DNA of 64,000 bases, from the NCBI GenBank assembly GCA_043756605.1, contig JAYURR010000174.1, positions 4,641 to 68,640 on the forward strand, written 5' to 3'. How positions within the stretch are numbered: position 1 is the stretch's first letter; the number at the start of each line of letters is the position of its first letter. The notes beneath the pieces are model-generated. The model was given only the letters and a program-made list of their open reading frames with translations. It ran no database searches and was not told where the DNA came from. The translations under genes and the position numbers were made by a program. The stretch is from Chitinophagaceae bacterium (lineage in GTDB: Bacteria; Bacteroidota; Bacteroidia; Chitinophagales; Chitinophagaceae). Positions 37,204 to 47,091 of the stretch are shown one piece after another.

Positions 37204-37956
37204 TCACTTTCGTTTTTTAAAGCTAGCTAAATTATAGGTTACTCCAATCGCTCCTCCCCACATCTTTTTGCGAAACCTGTCATTTTTATCGCCGCCAGGG
37301 GTAGTTTGTACATCGTTATCTGTTGTATATTCCGCAAACAAAAACTGAAATCCAGCTTTTACAGCCCAGGTATCGTTCCATTTGTACTTTACAAAAAATT
37401 CGCTGTTTAACGATCCTTTATCGTTATCGCTTACCAGAAAAATATTAAATCCGGTTGGCTTAGCCGTTACCGGAACACCCGTTGCAAAATTATTACCATA
37501 ATAAATGCCACTTTGTTTTTTTCCAAAACTAAAACCAATTAAATCAATATTCAGGCCAACAGATATTTTTTTTGTGAAGTTATAGCCAAAATTAAGCGAT
37601 AGGTTCAGCGCATTTACCTGCGCTTTTGGAAACAACACAGAATCAATATTTGGCAAAATATCATCTGCAAAAAAAACACCTGGGCCGGTTTTGCCACTTG
37701 TTAATTTAGCAGGAGCGGTTTTAAAATACTGGCTTTTTGCAAAGTAACTGGTAAAACTAAAACCGGGTCCGATCTCCAGCCTCTTACGTTTTCCAAATTT
37801 CCAGTTGTAAACATAAGCCAATGAACCGCTACCCTGCGATGAACCGATAGCACCGGTAAGTTCTGCAAAATTATCAACAGGCCTTTTCCTTTTTTGTGCT
37901 GCTGCTGTATTAAAAAGAAATACAGTAAAGATAGATGTGATGAAAATCTGTTTCAT
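37204..37956 (-). CDS. Secreted/outer-membrane hypothetical protein (beta-barrel-like)
   Basis: Signal peptide, amphipathic beta-strands; co-oriented with YceI and DM13 genes. Confidence 0.6.
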   Translation of the reverse strand: MKQIFITSIFTVFLFNTAAAQKRKRPVDNFAELTGAIGSSQGSGSLAYVYNWKFGKRKRLEIGPGFSFTSYFAKSQYFKTAPAKLTSGKTGPGVFFADDILPNIDSVLFPKAQVNALNLSLNFGYNFTKKISVGLNIDLIGFSFGKKQSGIYYGNNFATGVPVTAKPTGFNIFLVSDNDKGSLNSEFFVKYKWNDTWAVKAGFQFLFAEYTTDNDVQTTPGGDKNDRFRKKMWGGAIGVTYNLASFKKRK

Positions 37957-37966
37957 GTGTTTACAT

Positions 37967-38413
37967 TTATTTTAATTGGGTATAACCAAACTGAATACGG
38001 TATTGGGCGCACCAGATAATTACATATTTATAGGTGTCAACATCCGGTTTGGTTGCTAACTCATAATTAAATGATCCGTTTAGGTATTTTAAAAATCCCA
38101 AATCTTTGTAATCAACAGGTGGCATTGCATTATTACCAATTGTTTTTGAAAAATAAACATGCAAATCAGGGCCGTTGTACGATGAGAAATTTTTAAATAC
38201 CAGGTAGTATTTTGAACCCGCTTTTTCAATACTCACATTTCCCCTGGCTTTGTCGCCAAATTCGCCTCCAATTAAAGTACCGGTATATAAAACAACTGTT
38301 TGTGTATCTGCCGGTGGCGTAATAATCTCATTGCCATATGCAGGGATAATTTCCTTTTTGCAACCTGCCACAAATAAACCTGCTACAAATAATAAAATGT
38401 AAAATGCTTTCAT
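37967..38413 (-). CDS. DM13 domain lipoprotein
   Basis: Lipobox LFVAGC; GPDLHVYFS, VIIWCAQYRIQFG. Confidence 0.85.
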   Translation of the reverse strand: MKAFYILLFVAGLFVAGCKKEIIPAYGNEIITPPADTQTVVLYTGTLIGGEFGDKARGNVSIEKAGSKYYLVFKNFSSYNGPDLHVYFSKTIGNNAMPPVDYKDLGFLKYLNGSFNYELATKPDVDTYKYVIIWCAQYRIQFGYTQLK

Positions 38414-38629
38414 AAAAAATATTTTAGAATATAAAAGTAAAACGCTGCTCCAGCTGATTTTGTCGCGTACATGACAAAGTACTTTTTTTACAGTTTTTTA
38501 ACTTAACTGAAAGTTTGCCACAAAATGAACCAGGTGTTTTTTTGTTTACCACATGCAGTAAAACCCCATCCTTAAAGTATCACTATCTTTGATGCCATTA
38601 TTATAAAATCATTTACAAATAACCCGGCA

Positions 38630-39769
38630 TTGCAAAAACATTCAGCAGATATAATTATTATTGGCGGCGGCCTGGCCGGACTGGTAAGCGCTATACATTT
38701 ATCTAAAGCGGGATTACAGGTAACATTGATAGAAAAAAACGAGTATCCAAAACACAAAGTTTGCGGCGAATATATCTCCAACGAAGTGTTGCCTTACCTG
38801 CAATATCTTGATGCAGATCCAATGCTGACAGGTGCAAAAAAAATTTCACGTTTTCAATTAAGCACCACCCGTGGAAAAATAATTGAAACAACACTGCCGC
38901 TCGGCGGCTTTGGTGTAAGCCGTTTTACACTCGATAATTTTCTATTTCAAAAAGCAGTGCAAAATAATTGCAGCATCATTCAGGATACAGTTTTGGATGT
39001 GCATTTTAAAAATGATATTTTCAGGGTAACAACCAAACAAGGAACAACATTATCTGCAAAAATAATAATTGGTGCATTTGGCAAGAGAAGCAATCTGGAC
39101 ATTACGCTTAACAGAGATTTTATAAAAAACAAATCCCCTTTTGTGGGCGTAAAAATGCACATGCAGGGCAATTTTCCCGATGATCTGGTAGCCTTGCACA
39201 ACTTTAAAGGTGGCTACTGTGGCGTATCGCAGGTTGAAAATGGGAATATCAATGTTTGCTATCTTGCCAATTACAATAGTTTTCAGCAGTACAAAAATAT
39301 TGATGCCTTTAATAAAGAAGTGCTTTACAAAAATCTGCATTTAAAAAATATTTTTGAAAACTGCACCCCCGTTTTTGAGCAACCATTAACCATTAGCCAG
39401 ATTTCTTTTTCAGATAAAACAACCATGCAGAATCACATACTTATGTGTGGCGATGCGGCCGGCATGATACACCCTTTATGTGGCAACGGTATGGCCATGG
39501 CTATACACAGTGCAAAAATAGCTACCGAACTGGTGATTGATTATTTTGAGAAAAAAATAAAAACGAGAGAAGATCTGGAAGCAGCCTACAACCTGCAATG
39601 GAACAAGGCATTTAAAAAAAGAATAACCACCGGCAGAATGCTGCAATCCCTTTTTGGTAAAGACAATCTTACAAGAGCAATCATGTATGGCCTTACACAT
39701 GTACCGGGGTTACTGCCCGCAATTATAAAAAAAACCCACGGCAAGCCTTTAAACGTATCTACTTTATGA
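38630..39769 (+). CDS. FAD-dependent oxidoreductase (geranylgeranyl-reductase/halogenase-like fold)
   Basis: IIGGGLAG, HKVCGEYIS, CGDAAGMIHPLCGNGMAMA. Confidence 0.85.
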   Translation: MQKHSADIIIIGGGLAGLVSAIHLSKAGLQVTLIEKNEYPKHKVCGEYISNEVLPYLQYLDADPMLTGAKKISRFQLSTTRGKIIETTLPLGGFGVSRFTLDNFLFQKAVQNNCSIIQDTVLDVHFKNDIFRVTTKQGTTLSAKIIIGAFGKRSNLDITLNRDFIKNKSPFVGVKMHMQGNFPDDLVALHNFKGGYCGVSQVENGNINVCYLANYNSFQQYKNIDAFNKEVLYKNLHLKNIFENCTPVFEQPLTISQISFSDKTTMQNHILMCGDAAGMIHPLCGNGMAMAIHSAKIATELVIDYFEKKIKTREDLEAAYNLQWNKAFKKRITTGRMLQSLFGKDNLTRAIMYGLTHVPGLLPAIIKKTHGKPLNVSTL

Positions 39770-39820
39770 AAAATTGGTTAGAATATTGCTGACTATTTTC
39801 CCCATCAGAAAAAATTAAAC

Positions 39821-40531
39821 GTGTTTGTAAATACAAAATACCGCAGTACAGAAGAAGAAATAATGGATAATTTATCTATGGAAGGAGAAATGCTGCGTAA
39901 AGCGCTGGATAATATTGCGGCTATAAACAAACGGCTGGGCGGCAATCAGGCAACTATCAGTGGATTGAAAACTTTATTGAAAACTGAGTCAAAAGATGCT
40001 GTTATTACCCTTGTTGATATGGGATGTGGTAGTGGAGATATGTTGAGGGCTGTGGCTGATTATGGAAGAAGAAATAATTTTATTTTTAAGTTGATTGGCA
40101 TTGATGCAAATGAATTTACAGTAAATTATGCCCGCAAGCTTTCAGAAAACTATCCTGAAATAAGCTACATTAAAATGGATATATTGGGTGATGAATTTTC
40201 GGGCATAACCTTTGATATAGCTATTACAACCCTGTTTCTTCACCATTTTACCAATCAGCAAATTGAAGACCTGTTGATTTCAATTGTAAAAAATGTAAGG
40301 ATAGGTATTGTGGTTAACGATCTGCACAGGAGCAGTGTGGCTTATTATCTTTTTAAAGGCTTAAGCTTTTTCATAAATAATTCAATGGTAAAAAAAGATG
40401 GAGCCATTTCTGTTTTACGCGGATTTAAAAAAAATGAATTAAATGCTATCAGTAAAAAATTAAAAGATTCGGTGAGTACCATCCATTGGAAATGGGCTTT
40501 CAGGTATCAATGGATAATAAAAAAAGTATGA
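39821..40531 (+). CDS. Class I SAM-dependent methyltransferase
   Basis: VDMGCGSGD motif I, LFLHHF, NDLHRS. Confidence 0.85.
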   Translation: MFVNTKYRSTEEEIMDNLSMEGEMLRKALDNIAAINKRLGGNQATISGLKTLLKTESKDAVITLVDMGCGSGDMLRAVADYGRRNNFIFKLIGIDANEFTVNYARKLSENYPEISYIKMDILGDEFSGITFDIAITTLFLHHFTNQQIEDLLISIVKNVRIGIVVNDLHRSSVAYYLFKGLSFFINNSMVKKDGAISVLRGFKKNELNAISKKLKDSVSTIHWKWAFRYQWIIKKV

Positions 40532-41580
40532 GCGTAAAAATAAAATCAGTAGCAAAGCAATTACCACCTTACTCACGTGAAACCGCAGATATTGTGCCAT
40601 TGGTAGAAACCTGGCTTGCAGGGCAGGATGAAAGATTTATAAGAAAAGTGATAAAGATTTTTGGCAATGCAGGTGTAGATAAAAGGTACTCTATTATGAG
40701 TCCTGAAGAAGTTTTTACAAGTACTTCGTTTGAGCAGAAAAATGATATCTACGTTCGTGAATGCACAAAACTGGCGGAGCAATCTTTACAAAAAGCATTG
40801 GATAAAGCCGGCTGGAAAGCTGATGAAATTGATTACCTGATAACCGTAAGTTGTACCGGCATTATGATACCCTCAATTGATGCATACCTGGTGAACAAAT
40901 TAAAAATGAAACAGGATATTGTGCGCCTGCCGGTTACCGAAATGGGCTGTGCGGCTGGCGTTTCGGGCATCATTTATGCAAAAAATTTTTTAAAAGCCAA
41001 CCCTGGTAAAAAAGCGGCGGTGGTTGCAGTTGAATCGCCCACTGCTACTTTTCAGTTGAATGATTTTACAATGGCCAATGCAGTAAGTGCTGCTATTTTT
41101 GGGGATGGTGCTGCTGCTATTTTGTTATCATCATGCCCCGAAGATGAAGGTCCGGAAATTATTGCAGAAGAAATGTATCACTTTTATGATGCAGAATACA
41201 TGATGGGTTTTAAACTCACCAACAATGGCCTGCAGATGATATTGGATGAAACTGTGCCTGAAACTATTTCGGCACATTTTCCAAAAATTGTGCATCCTTT
41301 TCTTGAAAAAAATAATACAAATATTGAAGCAGTAGATCATCTTATTTTTCATCCCGGCGGCAGAAAAATTGTACACACTGTGGAAGAGTTGTTTGGCTCG
41401 TTGGGAAAAAATATTAACGACACCAGAGAAGTTTTAAAACAATATGGAAATATGAGCAGCGTAACCGTACTTTATGTTTTAGAAAGGTTTCTGGAAAAAG
41501 ATATTGCAAAAGGAGATAAGGGTCTAATGCTTAGTTTTGGCCCCGGCTTTTCGGCACAAAGTATTTTATTACAATGGTAA
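40528..41580 (+). CDS. Type III polyketide synthase (chalcone-synthase-like)
   Basis: Catalytic triad EMGCAAG (Cys), IFHPGG (His), YGNMSS (Asn); FGDGAAA, FGPGF; start moved to ATG 40528. Confidence 0.95.
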   Translation: MSVKIKSVAKQLPPYSRETADIVPLVETWLAGQDERFIRKVIKIFGNAGVDKRYSIMSPEEVFTSTSFEQKNDIYVRECTKLAEQSLQKALDKAGWKADEIDYLITVSCTGIMIPSIDAYLVNKLKMKQDIVRLPVTEMGCAAGVSGIIYAKNFLKANPGKKAAVVAVESPTATFQLNDFTMANAVSAAIFGDGAAAILLSSCPEDEGPEIIAEEMYHFYDAEYMMGFKLTNNGLQMILDETVPETISAHFPKIVHPFLEKNNTNIEAVDHLIFHPGGRKIVHTVEELFGSLGKNINDTREVLKQYGNMSSVTVLYVLERFLEKDIAKGDKGLMLSFGPGFSAQSILLQW

Positions 41581-42371
41581 AAGAATTTGAAAATAAAAAT
41601 TACTGGGCACTCATTTTGGGTGGTTCGGCAGGCTTGGGTCTGGCATCTGCCAAAAAACTGGCAGCACATGGTTGTAATATTATCATTGTGTATCGCAGTA
41701 CCAGGGCCGATGTTGTAAGTATTGAGCAGGAATTTGATGCTATAAAAGCAACGGGTGTTGACCTTATTTCTTTTAATAAAGATGCCATGTCGGCTGAAAA
41801 AAGAGAAAGCATTATAAGTGATATACAGGAAAAACTGGGCCAGGCAGGAAAAATAAGATTGCTGCTCCACAGCATTGCCAAGGGAAATTTAAAACCGATG
41901 ATTGCAGATGAAAATGCGGCTTTGCAAAATGATGATTTTCATTTAACGCTTGAGTCAATGGCCATAAGTTTATACGATTGGACCAAGCTGCTTTTTGAAA
42001 AAAAATTATTTGCAGCCGATGCTAGGGTTATCAGTTTTACCAGCGAAGGAAACCGGAAAGCTTTTAAAACCTATGCTGCCGTATCTGCCGCCAAAGCTGC
42101 GCTGGAAGCAATTACCAGGAACATTGCATTGGAATTTGCTCCATATGGCATAAGGGCAAATTGCATACAGGCAGGTGTTACAAACACTTTTTCATTCAGG
42201 ATGATTCCCGGACATGAACAACTGGAAGAAGCGGCAATGAAACGAAACCCTTTTAAAAAATTAACAACTCCCGAGGATGTGGCAAATGTGCTGTATCTTT
42301 TGTGCAAAGATGAAGCCGCCTGGATAAACGGAACCATCATTATTGCCGACGGAGGAGAACATATCAATTAA
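41574..42371 (+). CDS. SDR enoyl-ACP reductase-like (FabI/FabL-like)
   Basis: LILGGSAGLG, YAAVSAAK (YxxxxxxK), NCIQAG, PEDVA. Confidence 0.85.
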   Translation: MVKEFENKNYWALILGGSAGLGLASAKKLAAHGCNIIIVYRSTRADVVSIEQEFDAIKATGVDLISFNKDAMSAEKRESIISDIQEKLGQAGKIRLLLHSIAKGNLKPMIADENAALQNDDFHLTLESMAISLYDWTKLLFEKKLFAADARVISFTSEGNRKAFKTYAAVSAAKAALEAITRNIALEFAPYGIRANCIQAGVTNTFSFRMIPGHEQLEEAAMKRNPFKKLTTPEDVANVLYLLCKDEAAWINGTIIIADGGEHIN

Positions 42372-42374
42372 ACA

Positions 42375-42827
42375 ATGACAACAAAAGAAATACTAAACTT
42401 ACTACCCTATTCACCACCCTTTTTATTTGTTGATGAATTGGATGAAGTATCTGAAGATGGAGCTACAGGCAGTTATACGTTTAAAACAGACGAATATTTT
42501 TACCAGGGACATTTTAAAAATTGCCCCATAACGCCTGGTGTAATTCTTACGGAAACCATGGCGCAAATAGCTGTTATTACACTGGGCATTTATCTGGGGC
42601 AGGAGAAAATTGCAGCCGCTGCTTCTATGCCTGATATAGCGCTTACCTCGGTGGAAGTTAATTTTCATGCACCGGTTTTCCCTGGCGAAAAAGTTACCGT
42701 CTCTTCTCAAAAAAAATATTTTAGATTTGGTAAACTCAGTTGCGATGTGGAGATGAAAAACAGTGCAGGTAAAGTTGTTTGCAGTGGTAATATTTCCGGC
42801 ATATTAAAATCAAAAAAGTGTGTATAG
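42375..42827 (+). CDS. 3-hydroxyacyl-ACP dehydratase (FabZ-like)
   Basis: LPYSPPFLFVD, YQGHF, PGVILTETMAQ. Confidence 0.88.
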   Translation: MTTKEILNLLPYSPPFLFVDELDEVSEDGATGSYTFKTDEYFYQGHFKNCPITPGVILTETMAQIAVITLGIYLGQEKIAAAASMPDIALTSVEVNFHAPVFPGEKVTVSSQKKYFRFGKLSCDVEMKNSAGKVVCSGNISGILKSKKCV

Positions 42828-44097
42828 CAGGGTTGTAATAACGGGTATGGGCGTGGCTTCGCCGAATGGCGTTGGCATTTCTGCCTTTACCAAAGCCATA
42901 AAAGAAGGTATCTCCGGCATACGTTTTATTCAGCAACTTAAACAGCTTAATTTTTCGTGTTGCATCGGTGGTATTCCGCAAGTGTCTGAAGAAATAAAAC
43001 AACAATATCTTTCCCCTCTTCAATTAAAAAATTTTAACAGCAACGGTATTTTGTATGGCTGCATTGCAGGTATGGATGCATGGAAAGATGCAGGCCTGCC
43101 CATCAATGAAAACAGTGATGCAGATTGGGACAGCGGCACCGTTTTTGGCACCGGAAGTTCCAGCGTTGAAAAACTGCGGGAATCATTTTACAAGATAGAT
43201 GCAGGCCATGTAAAAATGTTGGGTAGCACGGCAGTATCGCAAACCATGGTTAGTGGCGTATCGGCTTATATAGGTGGCATACTTGGCTTGGGAAATTTGG
43301 TAACCAGCAATTCATCGGCTTGTTGCACTGGCACCGAAGCAATAATAATGGGTTTTGAAAGAATACAGATGGGCAAAGCAAAACGCATGCTGGTTGGGGG
43401 ATGCAGCGATGATGGCCCGTATATTTGGGGTGGCTTTGATGCTATGAAAGTAATGAGTTATAAACACAATGATGCTCCGGAAAAAGCATCACGCCCGATG
43501 AGTGCAACTGCCAGCGGCTTTGTGCCGGGCAGTGGCGCCGGTGCAATGTTATTGGAAAGTTTAGAGAGTGCTTTGGAAAGAGGTGCAAAAATTTATGGAG
43601 AAATTTCTGGCGCAGCAATTAATGCAGGTGGCCAGCGTGGCACAGGCAGCATGACGGCACCAAATAATGTAGCCGTGCAACGTTGCATTAACGCTGCGGT
43701 TGAAAATGCCAATATTCATCCAAATGAAATTGATTTAATAAACGGACACTTAACAGCTACCATTAAAGATGCTGCAGAAATTAATAACTGGGCTGAGGCT
43801 TTAAATCGAAAAGCAGACAACTTCCCTTATATACATTCGCTGAAAGCCATGACGGGCCATTGTTTGGGAGCTGCAGGTGCTATTGAAAGTATTGCTGCTA
43901 TTTTATGTTTAGAGCATGATTTTATTTTCCCTTCTATAAATTGCGAAGATGTGCACCCGGATATTGCAGCCATCATCAACCCAAAAAAAATACCCCTAAC
44001 TCTTTTAGAAAATAATAATTTGCAGGTGATTGCCAAAGCCAGTTTTGGTTTTGGAGATGTAAATGCCTGTATCATTTTTAAAAAATATAAAGCATGA
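42820..44097 (+). CDS. Beta-ketoacyl-ACP synthase (FabB/FabF-like)
   Basis: RVVITGMG, SSACCTG (Cys), INGHLT (His), KAMTGHCLGAAG (His), SFGFG. Confidence 0.93.
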   Translation: MYSRVVITGMGVASPNGVGISAFTKAIKEGISGIRFIQQLKQLNFSCCIGGIPQVSEEIKQQYLSPLQLKNFNSNGILYGCIAGMDAWKDAGLPINENSDADWDSGTVFGTGSSSVEKLRESFYKIDAGHVKMLGSTAVSQTMVSGVSAYIGGILGLGNLVTSNSSACCTGTEAIIMGFERIQMGKAKRMLVGGCSDDGPYIWGGFDAMKVMSYKHNDAPEKASRPMSATASGFVPGSGAGAMLLESLESALERGAKIYGEISGAAINAGGQRGTGSMTAPNNVAVQRCINAAVENANIHPNEIDLINGHLTATIKDAAEINNWAEALNRKADNFPYIHSLKAMTGHCLGAAGAIESIAAILCLEHDFIFPSINCEDVHPDIAAIINPKKIPLTLLENNNLQVIAKASFGFGDVNACIIFKKYKA

Positions 44098-44348
44098 CCA
44101 AAGAAGAACTGATAGAAAAATTAAAAGTTATTGTGAAGCCCTATGTAAAGAATGAAGAAGGATTTAGGAACATGGATGAAAACACCGATTTTTTGAACGA
44201 CCTTAAAATAAACTCCGCTAATCTTGTTGATGTGATATTAGATGTTGAAAATGAATTCGACATTATTATTGATAATGAATCCATGGAAAAAATGCTGAAC
44301 GTAAAATCTGCTATTGAAATAATTACCACCAAACTCAGCCAAAAATGA
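44094..44348 (+). CDS. Acyl carrier protein (divergent motif)
   Basis: 84 aa, acidic; DLKINSANLVDVILDVENEFDI. Confidence 0.85.
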   Translation: MTKEELIEKLKVIVKPYVKNEEGFRNMDENTDFLNDLKINSANLVDVILDVENEFDIIIDNESMEKMLNVKSAIEIITTKLSQK

Positions 44349-44923
44349 CCGGCAATGATATTGTAGATATTAAACTGGCCGCTGCCGAAAGTAACTGGAA
44401 AAGAAAAGGATTTATTGAAAAAATATTTACGCCGCAGGAACAGCAATATATTACAGATGCAATAGTACCTGATGAAATGATTTGGAAATTATGGAGCATG
44501 AAAGAAAGTGCATACAAAATTTACACCCGGCAATATAGCGGGCGTTTTTTTGCGCCACTGAAATTCAGTTGTACCCTATTAACCGCTACCGCAGGGCTTG
44601 TAACGTTTAACAATATCAGTTATCAAACAAAAACCATTACTGCAAAAAAATTTATTTACACAATTGCCAGACCAATTGAACTTAAAAATACTGCACTTAT
44701 AAACCAATGTTTTTATTTACCACAAATGATGCATAGCAACCAACAACAATACATTTATAAAAAAATAATTGCACGCTACAACTCCATTACCTGCCAGGGT
44801 CATAAAAATATTCTTCTGGCAAAAGCAAAAAATGGCATCCCTTTTTTATGTTGTGATAATTATCTGCAAGTGCCGGTTTCTATAACGCACCATGGCCGTT
44901 TTGCAGCATTCACCATTCATTAA
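44345..44923 (+). CDS. 4'-phosphopantetheinyl transferase
   Basis: GNDIVD, WSMKESAYK, VSITHHG. Confidence 0.88.
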   Translation: MTGNDIVDIKLAAAESNWKRKGFIEKIFTPQEQQYITDAIVPDEMIWKLWSMKESAYKIYTRQYSGRFFAPLKFSCTLLTATAGLVTFNNISYQTKTITAKKFIYTIARPIELKNTALINQCFYLPQMMHSNQQQYIYKKIIARYNSITCQGHKNILLAKAKNGIPFLCCDNYLQVPVSITHHGRFAAFTIH

Positions 44924-44930
44924 AAAAAAC

Positions 44931-44981
44931 TTCCCTAAACCGGTGAGTCACCCTCTCGGGGTGACGCACCGGTTTAGGGAA
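44931..44981. repeat. REP-like 23-bp-arm palindrome overlapping a stop codon
   Basis: ttccctaaaccggtgagtcaccc / gggtgacgcaccggtttagggaa (one mismatch). Confidence 0.8.
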
Positions 44982-46026
44982 CCATCTGTTCATCCGCTTC
45001 CCTGATAAGTTTGAAATGCGATTTTATCTGCGCTAAAAATTTTCTACCTTTTTGAAAAGGCCATGGCTTTATGCCTTGCTGGCAGTTGTATTTACTGATG
45101 TTGTACAATGCCTTCCAATGCTTTAAAATTTCTTTGTAAGCACCAATCAAAGTGTAACCGGTATCATAAAAATGATTAGGCTCCGCACCACAACCATTAT
45201 ACTCCAGTATGGTAAAGTTTTTTCCGTTTTTTAAGTCTTCTACATTGGTACACATAATATCGTAACGCCCATAAAAAAAATCATTGATACCTAAACTTAT
45301 TTCATCAAAAATAGCCACCAGTTTATCATCAATATGTTCTTTCAAATCTATAAAATACGCTCCCCTGTTGTGATTGGCGGCATAGCTGAGCATATATTTT
45401 TCGCCGGCAGGCAAAATTATTTGCAAATTTTCTTTGTGCTTGCTAAACATTTCGCCCAATCTCTTTTGTGCTTTGGGATGTTGCAAAATCAATTGTTCAA
45501 GCGTATCAATTCCATTACCAGTAACCTGCAAAGGTATCTTGTGCAAAAAGCCGGTAACCGTTCCTTTTTTTTGCTGCGGATGACGGATATAAAACACACT
45601 TACTTCCGTGGGATAACTCACCAGCGCCTGCACAATATACTCAACCGGAATTTTTGCATGATAGTTTTGCAATTCAGTTTCCGTATCAATTTTACGAAAC
45701 AATATTCCCTGGCAACCAACTTCTGGCTTTACAATTAAAGGATAAGTTATGCCGCTGTTTGCAAGATTTTTTTTTAGCGTATTAAAATCCTGTGCAGGCA
45801 AAACATTGAATGTGGCCGGATATAAATGTTGGGGCAACAAATCGTACATCTCCTTCTTGGGCTCACCATCCATGCCACCAAAAGTTATTTTAGGGTTACT
45901 GGGTGTAAAAAACCAAACCGACCAGGATTTTAACATATACCAGCCCCACACCGGTGTAATGGGTGCGTACAAAAGTTTAAAAGGCCAGGCCTCCCAGTTT
46001 GTAATTCGGTTAATCAGTTTTCTCAC
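44974..46026 (-). CDS. ATP-grasp fold protein (D-Ala-D-Ala-ligase-like annotation family)
   Basis: YPLIVKPEVGCQG, YIVQALV, GRYDI, ILEYNGCGAEP. Confidence 0.75.
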   Translation of the reverse strand: MRKLINRITNWEAWPFKLLYAPITPVWGWYMLKSWSVWFFTPSNPKITFGGMDGEPKKEMYDLLPQHLYPATFNVLPAQDFNTLKKNLANSGITYPLIVKPEVGCQGILFRKIDTETELQNYHAKIPVEYIVQALVSYPTEVSVFYIRHPQQKKGTVTGFLHKIPLQVTGNGIDTLEQLILQHPKAQKRLGEMFSKHKENLQIILPAGEKYMLSYAANHNRGAYFIDLKEHIDDKLVAIFDEISLGINDFFYGRYDIMCTNVEDLKNGKNFTILEYNGCGAEPNHFYDTGYTLIGAYKEILKHWKALYNISKYNCQQGIKPWPFQKGRKFLAQIKSHFKLIREADEQMVP

Positions 46027-46058
46027 TATTTATTGATTGCAGCGAAGATAATTTAGTT

Positions 46059-46107
46059 TCCCACAAAGATGCAACGGCACCTAAGTATTTCTTTGTGTTC
46101 TCGGCCC
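46059..46107. repeat. cacaaag-family extragenic palindrome
   Basis: tcccacaaag ... ctttgtggga; shares its end with the element at 33839. Confidence 0.6.
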
Positions 46108-46220
46108 CTTTGTGGGATAATAATTGAAGACAGCTTTACTTTTTTTTAAGGCTGAATGACTTATTTTTGCTGACAGTATTATTTGTTTTAAACTAACTTT
46201 CAAGGATAAAATTTATTTGT

Positions 46221-47003
46221 ATGCATGTTCCAACAATGGCAGAAATGATGGCGAAGGGTGAAAGCCCCGAAATTTTATTTTGGGTAGGCTGCGCCGGAAG
46301 TTTTGACCAGCGGGCACAAAAAATAACCAAAGCATTTGTAACCATTTTGGATAAGGTTGGTATCAACTACGCCATCTTGGGTAAAGAAGAAATGTGTACC
46401 GGCGATCCGGCCCGCCGTGCCGGCAACGAATTTATGTTTCAGATGATGGCTTACCAGAATATTCAGATTTTGAATGGTTATGGTATTAAGAAAATTGTAA
46501 CGGCCTGTCCGCATTGTTTTAATACATTGGGTAATGAATATCCTGAATTGGGCGGCACTTACGAAGTAATTCATCATGCAACTTTTTTACAGCAATTAAT
46601 TGACGAAGGCAAAATAAAAATGACCGAAGGCGGTACTTTTAAAGGCAAAAAAATTACTTACCACGATAGTTGTTATTTGGGCCGTGCCAATAATATTTAC
46701 GAAGCACCACGCAAAGTGCTGGAAGCCTTGGATGTTTCTTTAGTTGAGATGAAACGCTGCCGCAGCAACGGTTTGTGCTGTGGTGCCGGCGGTGCACAAA
46801 TGTTTAAAGAGGAAGAAAAAGGTGAAATCCGCATTAATATAGATCGCAGTAACGAAGCCATTGCAACCGGTGCCAGCGTTATTGCAGCGGCATGCCCGTT
46901 TTGTAATACTATGATGACAGATGGTGTAAAAAACAGTAATAAGGAAGATGAGGTGCAGGTGTTGGATATTGCGGAGTTGGTTGCTGCATCAATGGCAAAC
47001 TAA
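46221..47003 (+). CDS. (Fe-S)-binding CCG-domain protein (GlpC/HdrB-like)
   Basis: WVGCAG, CTGDP, ACPHC, YHDSCYLGR, LCCGAGG, ACPFC. Confidence 0.9.
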   Translation: MHVPTMAEMMAKGESPEILFWVGCAGSFDQRAQKITKAFVTILDKVGINYAILGKEEMCTGDPARRAGNEFMFQMMAYQNIQILNGYGIKKIVTACPHCFNTLGNEYPELGGTYEVIHHATFLQQLIDEGKIKMTEGGTFKGKKITYHDSCYLGRANNIYEAPRKVLEALDVSLVEMKRCRSNGLCCGAGGAQMFKEEEKGEIRINIDRSNEAIATGASVIAAACPFCNTMMTDGVKNSNKEDEVQVLDIAELVAASMAN

Positions 47004-47034
47004 TGGATAATTTAGTAATGGATAATTGATAATG
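47001..47034. repeat. Solo TAATGGA-heptamer arm beginning with the upstream stop codon
   Basis: taatggataatttagtaatggataattgataatg is 31/34 identical to the reverse complement of 21848-21881. Confidence 0.85.
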
Positions 47035-47091
47035 TTTTATGTTTCAGACACTTCATGTTTGATTGCAGATACGTCATCTCAAATACAAAAA

